Assembly (NCBI GenBank): GCA_024911895.1 | Contig: GCA_024911895.1_3948.1 | Length of the DNA: 64,000 nt | Strand: one strand, 5' to 3' | Origin: a phage | In this document: in pieces, positions 35,440 through 44,861 of the stretch | Layout of the letters: every line of letters starts with the position of its first letter | Position numbering within the stretch: the first letter of the stretch is position 1 | Position numbers and translations under genes: made by a program | Notes under the pieces: model-generated | Seen by the model: the letters and a program-made list of their open reading frames with translations, nothing else | Databases searched by the model: none | Told to the model about the DNA's origin: nothing

Positions 35440-35626
35440 CTCTTCGTTGTAGTTCTGCCTTCAATCCGTTTTCAATCTTGTCCAGTTCATGAATTTCATC
35501 TGCAATCTCTTTCCTTCGTGATTCAACTCTCTTAAGACGTTCAATCATTACCTCATCGGAAAGAGATGAGAGTTCCACTAAACGATGGTCAATAACTTTA
35601 AAATTATCTTTTACTCTCATCTTCAT
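35426..35626 (-). CDS. hypothetical coiled-coil protein (66 aa)
   Basis: ORF overlapping the primase start. Confidence 0.35.
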   Translation of the reverse strand: MKMRVKDNFKVIDHRLVELSSLSDEVMIERLKRVESRRKEIADEIHELDKIENGLKAELQRRGANV

Positions 35627-35634
35627 TCTCTCTT

Positions 35635-36381
35635 TTAAATTTTCAGGATAGCTCTTAGCTTGCTTTCAAGGTCTTCAAGAGTACCATTATTATGGATAAT
35701 GTCACGCGCATATTTGGTAGAAATTCCATTTTCTGAAACATGTGATGAAACCTTGTCCACATTGTCTCTTTTTACTTCAATAGTTTGGTGTGCAAATCTA
35801 CTCAGCCACTCAGCTTCAGAGTCAAACCTTAAGTCACTGATTAAAACGACACCTTCTTGATTCCTAAGTGAGCAAACGTCAAAGAAGTTTACCATCCTTT
35901 TTTCAAGGTCTTTAGACCAGAACTTGTCACCCATAACTTTACGGATTACTTCAGTGCCCCAAATCTGTTGAATTTGTCTTGATGAGAATTTATACTTTTT
36001 GCTAAATCCCAGACGTGTCAATAGAGTCGGTTTAGCAACCTTCTTAAGCTCCATGATTAATCGTCCGGTTAACTCCGAAATAAGCTTAAAGTCCATATGG
36101 TAACGTTCATCTCTGAAGGTGAACTCCATAGCTTCCGTAACTTTAGTCATAAGTTCAGAGTATGATAAATCAAAGACCTGTGGAGTCTCTTTAGTTTCAC
36201 CGTACAGGTCATTCCAAGTCAGGTCAAATATCTTTGATGCAGATAGCTTAAGATTGTCTGCATAGGCCATTACTGCAACATTGTAGCCATACTCATCTTC
36301 TAAGATATTCTTAACAATAGAACAGGAGGTGTCTTTTCCAGAACGTGCCTTTCCAGTAAATGCAATAATACTACTACTCAT
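35635..36381 (-). CDS. deoxynucleoside monophosphate kinase (T4 gp1-like); start moved to the ATG at 36381
   Basis: P-loop FTGKARSGKDT; C-terminal IIHNNGTLEDLESKLRAIL resembles T4 gp1 ITNDGSLEELFSKIKNTL as recalled. Confidence 0.65.
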   Translation of the reverse strand: MSSSIIAFTGKARSGKDTSCSIVKNILEDEYGYNVAVMAYADNLKLSASKIFDLTWNDLYGETKETPQVFDLSYSELMTKVTEAMEFTFRDERYHMDFKLISELTGRLIMELKKVAKPTLLTRLGFSKKYKFSSRQIQQIWGTEVIRKVMGDKFWSKDLEKRMVNFFDVCSLRNQEGVVLISDLRFDSEAEWLSRFAHQTIEVKRDNVDKVSSHVSENGISTKYARDIIHNNGTLEDLESKLRAILKI

Positions 36382-36442
36382 TTTGTCTACCTTAATTACC
36401 AAAAAGCCCCCAACTAAGGAGGCTTGCAAGATTTATAAAGAC

Positions 36443-37255
36443 TTAGTGCAGTTTGTCACTAGTAATCTGTGATTGCTCTTTTTCAGCCATAGCTGAGACT
36501 TGCTTCACAAAATCGTCACCAAAGTTAATGCGAAGCTTCTCTTCAATGATTGAAGCACCAATGTTTACCAAAACATCATTGATTGCTTGCATACTGACAC
36601 CACCAGTCATCTCCTCAACGAACTCAATGGTTACACCCAACATCTGAGAAAGTTGGATTAGTGCAACGATATTCATCATTGTAGAGATAGCAGGAATCAT
36701 CAGAGCAACCTTAACCTGTAGTGGTTCTACATCAGCTACAGAATCATCTTTCACAGCTTCTGCTAAAGAGTCTTTAGTTTGCTGGATAATCTCTTTGATT
36801 CGTGGGTTTAGCTCTTCTACACCCCAATCAAGTTTTTCATATCGTGACAGCTTCTCTTCCATTCGCTTCTCAAGAGCAGCCATAACAGCACTCGTTGACG
36901 AAATTAACAGGTCAACTAGCTCATTATTATCTAAGAGCAGTAGCGAGTCTTTTTCTTCAGAGGTCATGGCAATATAGTCATTTTTCTGCATCTCATAGAA
37001 AATGAACTCTGCAAGAGCATCAACACCTACAACGATAGATGCTAAAGCAAGTTTTTTGTCACACAGCATCATATTAACCTGTTCTGCAAAAGCACCGTTA
37101 TCAGACTTGTCTTTAGGCAAGTTATAGCTTGCAGGCATAAACTGCTCTGTGTAGTTGTTTCCACGAAGAATCATAGCCATGCTTTCTACGGCATTGATTA
37201 AGAATGCTTCGTCAATACCTTTTTCTTCAAGCATCTGGTCTACAGTAGTATTCAT
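36443..37255 (-). CDS. hypothetical protein (270 aa)
   Basis: ORF. Confidence 0.5.
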   Translation of the reverse strand: MNTTVDQMLEEKGIDEAFLINAVESMAMILRGNNYTEQFMPASYNLPKDKSDNGAFAEQVNMMLCDKKLALASIVVGVDALAEFIFYEMQKNDYIAMTSEEKDSLLLLDNNELVDLLISSTSAVMAALEKRMEEKLSRYEKLDWGVEELNPRIKEIIQQTKDSLAEAVKDDSVADVEPLQVKVALMIPAISTMMNIVALIQLSQMLGVTIEFVEEMTGGVSMQAINDVLVNIGASIIEEKLRINFGDDFVKQVSAMAEKEQSQITSDKLH

Positions 37256-37256
37256 A

Positions 37257-37679
37257 TTATTTCTCTCTCAGTTGGTTAAGTTTCTTTCTAGAACATTTTA
37301 AGTTTTCTGATGAAGAAAAGTCAAGTGTCTTTTCAGAACGTGGATAGTAATGTCTATCCCAAGAAGTTTCAACATCATTAATCAGTGACGCTAGATTACA
37401 CAGGTCTGTACCACTTTGCAACTTCTTTTTAAGAGAATCTAGTAAAGCAACTGTATCTTTAGCTTTACGTCTCGCTGTAGCAACATCTTTCATATGCTCA
37501 AATACAGAGCATTTTAAGTCATCTTCATAGTTTTCAGACAACTCTATTTCATGTTGTATATCAACCATTCTCCTGTGATGGTGAGCATATTCCCGTTGAG
37601 CAGCAATGTCAAGTTCTTCCAACTTCTGCAAAGCTCTAACAAAGTCAGCTATGTCTGGGTGAACAAACATTTTCTGCAT
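37257..37679 (-). CDS. hypothetical protein (140 aa)
   Basis: ORF; AGAGG RBS. Confidence 0.5.
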   Translation of the reverse strand: MQKMFVHPDIADFVRALQKLEELDIAAQREYAHHHRRMVDIQHEIELSENYEDDLKCSVFEHMKDVATARRKAKDTVALLDSLKKKLQSGTDLCNLASLINDVETSWDRHYYPRSEKTLDFSSSENLKCSRKKLNQLREK

Positions 37680-37936
37680 GTAAGCCTCTTTTAAGTAACT
37701 ATTAAGTTTTAATCTTTTATCTTAACGTATTCTATACGTTATACTTTAAAGCTTTTTAAAAGCTATTAAATAATCTTTTAAGAGTTTTAAAGTATCTGTA
37801 TAGTTAAACTGTTAAGTAACCTTTTAAGTAAAAACCCACTTCGCAAAGATTAACACCTTGTCAAGTACATTGTCAACTTGCTTTTTATAATTTTTTGCAG
37901 TAATGTATGAGGTTAATGATTTTAGAGGGAGTAAAA
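37680..37936. promoter_or_regulatory. AT-rich divergent intergenic region between the leftward and rightward gene blocks, carrying copies of motifs from the 1-1000 region (TCTGTATAG, CTGTTAAG, CTTTTAAG)
   Basis: read directly; GAGGGAG RBS before the polymerase ATG at 37937. Confidence 0.5.
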
Positions 37937-40636
37937 ATGGAAAACGTAGATTTTAAAAACTTACATTTAGTTGGTGATACAGAAACTGATGGTTTACTCC
38001 TTGAGTTCACTAAAGTTCACGTAATGGCTTTCGCAGATTATAAATCTGACGATGAAGAGCCACCTGTATGGGTCTTTACAGATGAGCCTATCCTCGGTCA
38101 CAAGTACACTAAGTACATTAAGGGTGGTTTACGTGAAGGTGTTGAGTTTGCGTTAAAGGCAAAACGACTTTGTATCCATAACGGCCTCGGTTATGACTGG
38201 TGGGTCTTCAATCACATTGCACCGGATTTATGGAACTTTGATAATCCAAAATGTAAGCCGTGGAGTAATTTCTTTCAGGATTCTCTTATCCAGTCTCGTG
38301 TTCAGTGGATGGATAGACCAACTCCAAAGGGTTATAAAGGTGCTCATGGTTTGGCTGCATGGGGTGCTCGTGTTGGTGTTCGTAAACCAGAGATTGAACA
38401 TTGGGGTGTGTGGAATGCAGAAATCTTCACTCGTGTTGTAGAAGATATCCGTATTAACGCCAAAACTAAACGGGCACTTGATAATGAATATCTCAAGCTT
38501 AAGAAGTGTGGTATAGACACTTATGAAACTTACATGCGAGCTAAAGAAACATCTTTCTGGATGAGTCAACAGGCTATCAATGGCTGGAAAGCTGATAAAG
38601 AGCTTATGGAGTTCCATGTAAAGGAACTTGACAAGTTGACTAATGAGCTTGCTTCAGAGGTTGAACCACATCTACCTCCAACTATTAAGACCAAAGGTAA
38701 AGTTACTGGAGAAGAATTTGCAAGAGCTTGGAATGAGTATGTTGAAACATTTGGTCATGCAGATGGACTGAAGAGAATCACCAAGTATCCTAAGACAAAG
38801 TATCGTCAGCAGGTACGTAACGGTGAGATGCAGACATATGAAATCAAGCCATTTGGTAAGCCAACTACAAAGATTTTTAACATTGAAAAGAGAAATTGCT
38901 ATACACCAACCAACTCTGTAACTGGTGAAGAGTACAAGGAAGGTTTTGTAGCAATGAAGGATGCTCGTGCAATTTGCAATGAGTTGAATGCAAAGATTGG
39001 TAAGAAATGCAAAGACTGGAAGCCAGTAAAAACAGTTAAAACTGTGAAGTACTATAACAGTCATGTTGTTAACCACTTTGAGCTTGAGTCAAGTCGCTAC
39101 ACAGGTTTGATTGATGCACCATATACACCAATTGAGTTCGAAGTTTCTCGTATGACTCAGGTAGCAGTTGTTAAAGACTACTTGAAATCAGTTGGTTGGA
39201 TTCCAGATGACTGGAACTACAAGAAAGACTCAGATGGTCGTCCTGTTAAGGTTTGTCGTTTCAAAGACAACAAAAAGATGATTACCAAGCATCCTAAATG
39301 GCAGGAGATGGTTGAACGGTGTGGTTTGAGTTATGTTGAACATGAAGGTGTCCAGTACATTGAGCATAACTGGTCTGTGAAGAAGTACACAGATTTGCTT
39401 GAGCCTTGCTTAATCCGTACTTCACCAAAACTTACTGAATCATCTTATGATACGATTGAAGGTGAGCTTGGACAGAAGATTGCTAAGTACTATACTTTGA
39501 TGCACCGACGCAGAACTATTGAGAACTCAAAGGATGATGAAAAAGGTTGGTTGAACCAGATTCGTCCTGATGGTCGACTTAGTGCTGGTGCAATGGTGTT
39601 TGGTACTTCAACTGGACGTATGACACAATATGGTATTGTAAACGTACCGTCTGGTGCTGCTGTCTATGGAGCACCTATGAGGGAGGTATGGACTTGTGAA
39701 GATGGTACAGATATCATCTCCGTAGACCAAAACTCAGCACAGCTAGTTCTCCTTTGTAACTTTATGGGTGATGAAGACTTCACTAAAGCGGTAACTGAGG
39801 GTAAAGAGTCAGTAGAGTTCACTAAGCAAGAGGATGGCAGATACTACTGTAAGCATCTTGATAAGTATCTTAACCCAGAAACTGACAAGTATCTTCGTTA
39901 TGATGCTGAGAATGACCTCTATGAAGTCTATACAGGGACTGATGCACATACATTGAACAGTATTTACTTTGGTCTTAACAAAGAAGAGGATATTATTCTT
40001 TGTAGGGAGACACAGGATGAGGAACTTCTTCACGAGATTACAAAAGGTCGTAAGAAGAGCAAAAATGGCATCTACGCCCTGTTATTTGGAGCCGGAGATG
40101 AGAAGTTTGCGAAAACTATCAAGGCATCATCTACGGAAGAGGGTGCGTTGACTAAACAAACTTACTTTGTGCGTCTACCTAAGATTAAAAAACTGCTTGA
40201 TAGATTAGAGGAAGACTTCAAAGCAACTAAGAAAGCACTTGAAGAGGTTTTCGGAAAAACTTCTGCAATTGCCAAAGGTGGCTATATCAAAGTTGCTGGA
40301 GCGTGGTTATGGTGTAAATCTCCACATAAGTTATTGAATTACACACTTATGGGCAGTGAGGCGCAGGTGCAGAATGAGGGTATTAACTTGGCTAACAGAG
40401 AGTTAACAGAGCGCAAGCTTACAGTTCTAAATGGTAGGAAGCCTGCTATTGGTGCTAGGTGGGTCTGTAGTTACCACGATGAGGTCTCTTTAGAGGTTCC
40501 AACCAAAGATGTACCTGATGTTAAGGAGATTATTGATAGAATGTATGGTCAAGCATCAAAAAATCTTGGATTAAAGAGTAAGACGCTTGTTACAGGCACT
40601 GGTAAGGTAGGTAAGACATGGTACGCCGTACACTAA
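37937..40636 (+). CDS. DNA polymerase, family A (with 3'-5' exonuclease domain)
   Basis: exo motif LVGDTETDGL; motif A-like ISVDQNSAQLVLL; motif B RKKSKNGIYALLFGAG; motif C VCSYHDEVSLE. Confidence 0.8.
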   Translation: MENVDFKNLHLVGDTETDGLLLEFTKVHVMAFADYKSDDEEPPVWVFTDEPILGHKYTKYIKGGLREGVEFALKAKRLCIHNGLGYDWWVFNHIAPDLWNFDNPKCKPWSNFFQDSLIQSRVQWMDRPTPKGYKGAHGLAAWGARVGVRKPEIEHWGVWNAEIFTRVVEDIRINAKTKRALDNEYLKLKKCGIDTYETYMRAKETSFWMSQQAINGWKADKELMEFHVKELDKLTNELASEVEPHLPPTIKTKGKVTGEEFARAWNEYVETFGHADGLKRITKYPKTKYRQQVRNGEMQTYEIKPFGKPTTKIFNIEKRNCYTPTNSVTGEEYKEGFVAMKDARAICNELNAKIGKKCKDWKPVKTVKTVKYYNSHVVNHFELESSRYTGLIDAPYTPIEFEVSRMTQVAVVKDYLKSVGWIPDDWNYKKDSDGRPVKVCRFKDNKKMITKHPKWQEMVERCGLSYVEHEGVQYIEHNWSVKKYTDLLEPCLIRTSPKLTESSYDTIEGELGQKIAKYYTLMHRRRTIENSKDDEKGWLNQIRPDGRLSAGAMVFGTSTGRMTQYGIVNVPSGAAVYGAPMREVWTCEDGTDIISVDQNSAQLVLLCNFMGDEDFTKAVTEGKESVEFTKQEDGRYYCKHLDKYLNPETDKYLRYDAENDLYEVYTGTDAHTLNSIYFGLNKEEDIILCRETQDEELLHEITKGRKKSKNGIYALLFGAGDEKFAKTIKASSTEEGALTKQTYFVRLPKIKKLLDRLEEDFKATKKALEEVFGKTSAIAKGGYIKVAGAWLWCKSPHKLLNYTLMGSEAQVQNEGINLANRELTERKLTVLNGRKPAIGARWVCSYHDEVSLEVPTKDVPDVKEIIDRMYGQASKNLGLKSKTLVTGTGKVGKTWYAVH

Positions 40637-41121
40637 CACTTCAAGATTACAAGGATAATTTTATTTATGACCCCGACAAAGGGGTCTTCTACAACAAGTA
40701 TGACAGGAATAGACAAGCTAAAGCTGGACAGATTGCAGGAGGAAGTGATACTTATGGTTACAAAGTACTTAAATTCAAAGGTGTCGTAATAAAAGTTCAT
40801 CACCTCGTTTGGTGGTTCGAACATGGTTACAAACCCACTAAGATGATAGACCACATTGATGGTAACAGAAGTAATAATCATATCTCTAATCTTAGGGAGG
40901 CTGATAAGTATGGAAACGCCCAAAACAGGGTTAAGCAGACAGCTAACAAGTCAGGTTACAAGGGTGTGCATTATTTTAAAGACTGCAATAAATGGAGGGC
41001 TGCTATAACATGCAGAGGTAAAAGGACATCACTTGGTTTATTTGACACACCAGAAGAAGCCCATAAAGCTTACTGTGAAGCTGCTGTAAAACTCCACGGA
41101 GAGTTTGCAAAACTAAGTTGA
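40618..41121 (+). CDS. HNH homing endonuclease with AP2 domain
   Basis: IDHIDGNRSNNHISNLREA; AP2-like GYKGVHY...GLFDTPEEAHKAY...HGEFA; overlaps the polymerase 3' end. Confidence 0.7.
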   Translation: MVRRTLTLQDYKDNFIYDPDKGVFYNKYDRNRQAKAGQIAGGSDTYGYKVLKFKGVVIKVHHLVWWFEHGYKPTKMIDHIDGNRSNNHISNLREADKYGNAQNRVKQTANKSGYKGVHYFKDCNKWRAAITCRGKRTSLGLFDTPEEAHKAYCEAAVKLHGEFAKLS

Positions 41122-41172
41122 CAATGTGCTCAGGGAAGAGTACCTTATACTGTATCTTGTATAGGAGGTTAT

Positions 41173-41385
41173 ATGACACTTGCAGACGTTATTCAGCAAC
41201 TTCACGACAATTGCTACACTCCAGAGATGATTCAGGAGATGCTTATTGTAGTGATGCCTAGTAAGTTCGTAAAAGGTTTTAATCATGATTCTTTAAGGTC
41301 TGCGCATATCCTTATTGTCGATGGTAAGATTGCAAGAGACCGCACAGGAGTCCTTAAGGGTGCACGTATTAGTATTGACCTCTGA
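41173..41385 (+). CDS. hypothetical protein (70 aa)
   Basis: ORF with GGAGG RBS. Confidence 0.5.
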   Translation: MTLADVIQQLHDNCYTPEMIQEMLIVVMPSKFVKGFNHDSLRSAHILIVDGKIARDRTGVLKGARISIDL

Positions 41386-41402
41386 GTATTGGGGATACCA
41401 AA

Positions 41403-41558
41403 ATGAAACGCAAAGTTAAGTTTTTTAATTTATATGGAAGAGTTGGTAAAGGTTTTGACTGGCAACTGTTACGTTCAAATGTTAAAAGCAATGAATTAGC
41501 ACCACTTATCATTCATTATCGACGTACATACAGAGAAGTAGAGCATCGTGAACAGTAA
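41403..41558 (+). CDS. small basic protein (51 aa), below the ORF-track cutoff
   Basis: own translation: MKRKVKFFNLYGRVGKGFDWQLLRSNVKSNELAPLIIHYRRTYREVEHREQ; GGGGA upstream. Confidence 0.4.
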   Translation: MKRKVKFFNLYGRVGKGFDWQLLRSNVKSNELAPLIIHYRRTYREVEHREQ

Positions 41559-41571
41559 TAGGAGAAGTGTT

Positions 41572-41808
41572 ATGTGGAAAGTAGTAATTGCGCTTGGTGT
41601 TATTTTTCTATCTGGCTGCAACCCTTCTTATGAAGATAAAAATGCTTCTTACAGCCTCCCACCAGAGATGCAAGATTGCAGAGTATACAAGTTACATGGT
41701 GATGCTATAAGCAGAGATATTGTTGTTGTAAGATGTCCAAATTCTCAAACAACAACATCTTATAGCTATGGCAAAAATGGTCAATCACATACCACGGTTA
41801 TTGAGTGA
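41572..41808 (+). CDS. outer-membrane-type lipoprotein (78-aa precursor); start at the ATG at 41572 rather than the GTG at 41548
   Basis: MWKVVIALGVIFLSGC with lipobox LSG-C; AGGAGA RBS 7 nt upstream; two further Cys in the mature part. Confidence 0.55.
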   Translation: MWKVVIALGVIFLSGCNPSYEDKNASYSLPPEMQDCRVYKLHGDAISRDIVVVRCPNSQTTTSYSYGKNGQSHTTVIE

Positions 41809-41818
41809 GGTTTTCACG

Positions 41819-42025
41819 ATGGAAGTATTAGTAAACTACATCTATCGTTATGATGTTGTTCACTCCACTACAACCGTAGCTCAACGTAATCCAATCGTCC
41901 CACGAGAAGGTGAGTTGGTTCGCATTGAGGGTTGGACTTACACTGTGGAAAGCATCATTCATAAGTTTGATGTTGCTGGTGATGTTCAAGTTATCGACGT
42001 AGAGATTGGTGATAAGAGAAAATGA
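41819..42025 (+). CDS. hypothetical protein (68 aa); start at the ATG at 41819
   Basis: GTGAGG RBS; the upstream extension in the ORF track would overlap the lipoprotein gene. Confidence 0.45.
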   Translation: MEVLVNYIYRYDVVHSTTTVAQRNPIVPREGELVRIEGWTYTVESIIHKFDVAGDVQVIDVEIGDKRK

Positions 42026-42213
42026 CTGTAGAAGATAAATTTAAGAACGCAGTTCTTACAGAAGATGGTGAGCTTGAAACATTCATTCTTCGTGTTGATG
42101 GTAAACTATTCCGGTGTCGTTGTGGGTCAAACTGTTTCCATAAACCAGATAAAAATGACTTAGAGCTTTACGCATGTAATGCTTGCAACACTTGGTATCA
42201 CTCAGAGGAATAA
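42022..42213 (+). CDS. small zinc-ribbon protein (63 aa)
   Basis: CRCGSNC ... CNACNTW cysteine pairs. Confidence 0.5.
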   Translation: MTVEDKFKNAVLTEDGELETFILRVDGKLFRCRCGSNCFHKPDKNDLELYACNACNTWYHSEE

Positions 42214-42214
42214 A

Positions 42215-43315
42215 ATGACAATTCTGTACAAACAAAATAAAGACGGCTCTTTTAACGTCTGGTCATGCGTTGCTGTAGGTGACAAAGTTATTACAACCTA
42301 CGGTAAAGAAAATGGCAAGATGATGTTTGAAGAGTATACAGCAGAACCTAAAAACATCGGTAAAAAGAATGAGCGTAACGCTGAACAGCAAGCTCTCTTT
42401 GAAGTTGCTGCTAAGTATAAAAAGCAAGTTGACCGTAAAGGGTATGCTTACACAAAAGAGTCTGCACAGAATACTGAGAAGGTAGGTGTACAGCTTGCTC
42501 ATGATGCTGCAAAGGTTAGTCATGCAAAGTATCTGAAGTTCCCTGCTGATGCTCAACCAAAACTTGATGGTGTCCGTTGTAGAATTTCAAGAGATGCTGA
42601 TTCAGTTAGTTTTACGGCTTATTCTCGTGAGAATACTGTTTACAACGTTCCAGCAGAACTAATCCCAGATTTGCTTTTGTTGCTTAAATTACATCCGCAA
42701 GTTGAGGACTTTGATGGTGAGATTTATGCTCATGGTTGGGACTTAGAAGATATTGTCTCTATGATTAAGAATGCTGACAATCCAGACCGTCACCTTCTTA
42801 AGTTCTACTGGTATGATATCTGTGACAATTCAAAAACTTGGCCTGAGCGTCGTGAAGTTATTGATAACTCACCCATTATTGAGCTTGGTGATACCTGTAG
42901 AGTTGTTCCTGTACAGACTATCCGTGTCAACTCTTGGGAAGAGTTCGATGAAGCTCATGATAAGTGGGTTGAAGCTAAGTTTGAAGGTGCAATGTACCGT
43001 TCAATCTCTGAAGACTCCTTCTATGAGTGTTGTCACCGTTCATACTTCTTGATTAAGCACAAGAAGATGCACACTGAAGAGTTTAAAGTGACTGGTGTAA
43101 AGACCGATAAACGTGGTCATGGCAAGTTCGTTGTAGAGACTCTTCCTAACGTCTTTGTAGATGTCTCATGGAAAACTACTCATGAGAAGAAACAGTATCT
43201 TGCTGAGCATCCTGAAGAGTTTATCGGTAAACCTTTAACGGTTCAGTTCCAGAAGATGACTCGTAAGGGGTCTTTACAGTTCCCTGTGGGGTTAGTTATA
43301 CGAGATTATGAATAA
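42215..43315 (+). CDS. ATP-dependent DNA ligase; start at the ATG at 42215
   Basis: adenylation motif I KLDGVRC; GAGGAA RBS; 366 aa. Confidence 0.7.
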   Translation: MTILYKQNKDGSFNVWSCVAVGDKVITTYGKENGKMMFEEYTAEPKNIGKKNERNAEQQALFEVAAKYKKQVDRKGYAYTKESAQNTEKVGVQLAHDAAKVSHAKYLKFPADAQPKLDGVRCRISRDADSVSFTAYSRENTVYNVPAELIPDLLLLLKLHPQVEDFDGEIYAHGWDLEDIVSMIKNADNPDRHLLKFYWYDICDNSKTWPERREVIDNSPIIELGDTCRVVPVQTIRVNSWEEFDEAHDKWVEAKFEGAMYRSISEDSFYECCHRSYFLIKHKKMHTEEFKVTGVKTDKRGHGKFVVETLPNVFVDVSWKTTHEKKQYLAEHPEEFIGKPLTVQFQKMTRKGSLQFPVGLVIRDYE

Positions 43316-43321
43316 AAGTTG

Positions 43322-43349
43322 TTGACATAGATAATTTGGTGAGTATACT
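43322..43349 (+). promoter_or_regulatory. sigma70-like promoter TTGACA-16bp-TATACT in the 280-bp intergenic region upstream of the secreted-protein gene
   Basis: -35 at 43322..43327, -10 at 43344..43349; a second TTGACA at ~43525. Confidence 0.5.
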
Positions 43350-43597
43350 GAGCAGCATAAACCAACAGGTACTCACCAGCATCACTTAAGAATCTTATAA
43401 GAGGGTTTTTAAGTAATGTATTGCACGGTAAGGTGATGTGAAGTCTGGTTTTGCATGGTGTGGTTTGGTATGGAAGGATGGCAGTAGCCTTATAAAAAAT
43501 CTGCCAAATAAGCTATAAAGTCTGTTGACAAGTCAGGTGTTATAGCTTATTTTTATACTCAATGTAATACAAAATTTAATATAACTTTGAGGTCATT

Positions 43598-43981
43598 ATG
43601 AAAAAGATTTTATTAGCTGCTGCAATGGTTATGACGATGAATTTACCAGTCAATGCAACAGAACTTCCAAATGTGGACTTATCAGGTGTTCCAGAAGACA
43701 CTTGTCAGATTGTAAAAGGTGTTGCCCTGACTAATGGTGAGCTACTTAAACCAATCTCTGAAGAGTCTTTAACAGAGATGACCGATAAGGTAACTGACTA
43801 TCAGTATCGTGTTCTTGCAGAGTATTTCCTGCAATCTGCAAATATTAAAGAGAAGCACCCTGATGATATTGATGTACAGGCTATGCTCAATCATCGTATT
43901 CAGTTTAAAGAAGATTTGATGCAAAAAGCTATGTATGGTGTTGAGTATTTCTTAGAAAACAGAAGCTGCACAGGTATTTGA
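43598..43981 (+). CDS. secreted/periplasmic protein (127 aa) with cleavable signal peptide
   Basis: MKKILLAAAMVMTMNLPVNA signal peptide; own promoter region upstream. Confidence 0.55.
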   Translation: MKKILLAAAMVMTMNLPVNATELPNVDLSGVPEDTCQIVKGVALTNGELLKPISEESLTEMTDKVTDYQYRVLAEYFLQSANIKEKHPDDIDVQAMLNHRIQFKEDLMQKAMYGVEYFLENRSCTGI

Positions 43982-43982
43982 T

Positions 43983-44195
43983 ATGGCTCTTAAAAAGTTA
44001 CATCCCAGAAGCGGTTATGGTAAGATAATTGATGATACAGATGGCTTTACAGTCTTTACAGTTATCTGTCAAGATGATTCACAGATTGAAAAGGCTCTTG
44101 ATGATTATCTTAATGATGAACGTGAAAAGGTCAGAGCTACAAACATAGACTCATTAATTGATACTTCACGTAAACGGAAGAAGAAAGATGAATGA
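43983..44195 (+). CDS. hypothetical protein (70 aa)
   Basis: ORF. Confidence 0.45.
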   Translation: MALKKLHPRSGYGKIIDDTDGFTVFTVICQDDSQIEKALDDYLNDEREKVRATNIDSLIDTSRKRKKKDE

Positions 44196-44487
44196 GGTTT
44201 TTGACCCTTATGCTCCACAAGATGATTGGGAGGCTGATAGAGAGGCTGAAATGGAGAGTTATATTTGTCCAATGGATGTAGACGAAATGAGAGACTTCGT
44301 TGCACATCGTTTTAAGAGAGAGATTAAATCCAGAGGTCTTTCTCAAGAGCAAGTCGCTAAAATTTGTGGTATCTCTCAAGCTCGTGTATCCAACATAATC
44401 CACCTCACTGGGAATGTCTCTCTTGAGTATATGTTGGAAGTGTGTGAAAAATTTGGTGTTAATTTCAATTTAAGGTTGGCAGATTAA
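44188..44487 (+). CDS. helix-turn-helix (XRE-like) DNA-binding protein; start at the ATG at 44188
   Basis: HTH segment LSQEQVAKICGISQARVSNII; GGAAGAAGAAAG upstream. Confidence 0.5.
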   Translation: MNEVFDPYAPQDDWEADREAEMESYICPMDVDEMRDFVAHRFKREIKSRGLSQEQVAKICGISQARVSNIIHLTGNVSLEYMLEVCEKFGVNFNLRLAD

Positions 44488-44488
44488 T

Positions 44489-44848
44489 ATGAAACGTGAA
44501 AACATTATCCACTCTGAAAACTTCGCATTAGGCTTTTATGGTGCACCTACTCACCTTGAAAAGTACTACGGTGTAGAAATTCTTTCCAATCTCATTATGG
44601 CTTACAAAGATGGTAAGATTAAGCATACTGAGAAGAAACGTGTCATGGGTTATATGGCTGTAGGTTCAGCAATCTCAAACATTAAGCTGGAAACAACTAG
44701 CAGCCAGATTGTGAAAGACCACTTCATCAAAGAACTTTACCACAATCTTGATGGTGTAGATGTTCAGGCTGTTTGGCTAGATGTTGATGGTCACAACTAC
44801 ACAAGTTTCGTTTTCAAAAACGATGACATTAAGTGTCTGTTCCCATAA
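44489..44848 (+). CDS. hypothetical protein (119 aa)
   Basis: ORF. Confidence 0.5.
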   Translation: MKRENIIHSENFALGFYGAPTHLEKYYGVEILSNLIMAYKDGKIKHTEKKRVMGYMAVGSAISNIKLETTSSQIVKDHFIKELYHNLDGVDVQAVWLDVDGHNYTSFVFKNDDIKCLFP

Positions 44849-44861
44849 TAGGTGATTAACG

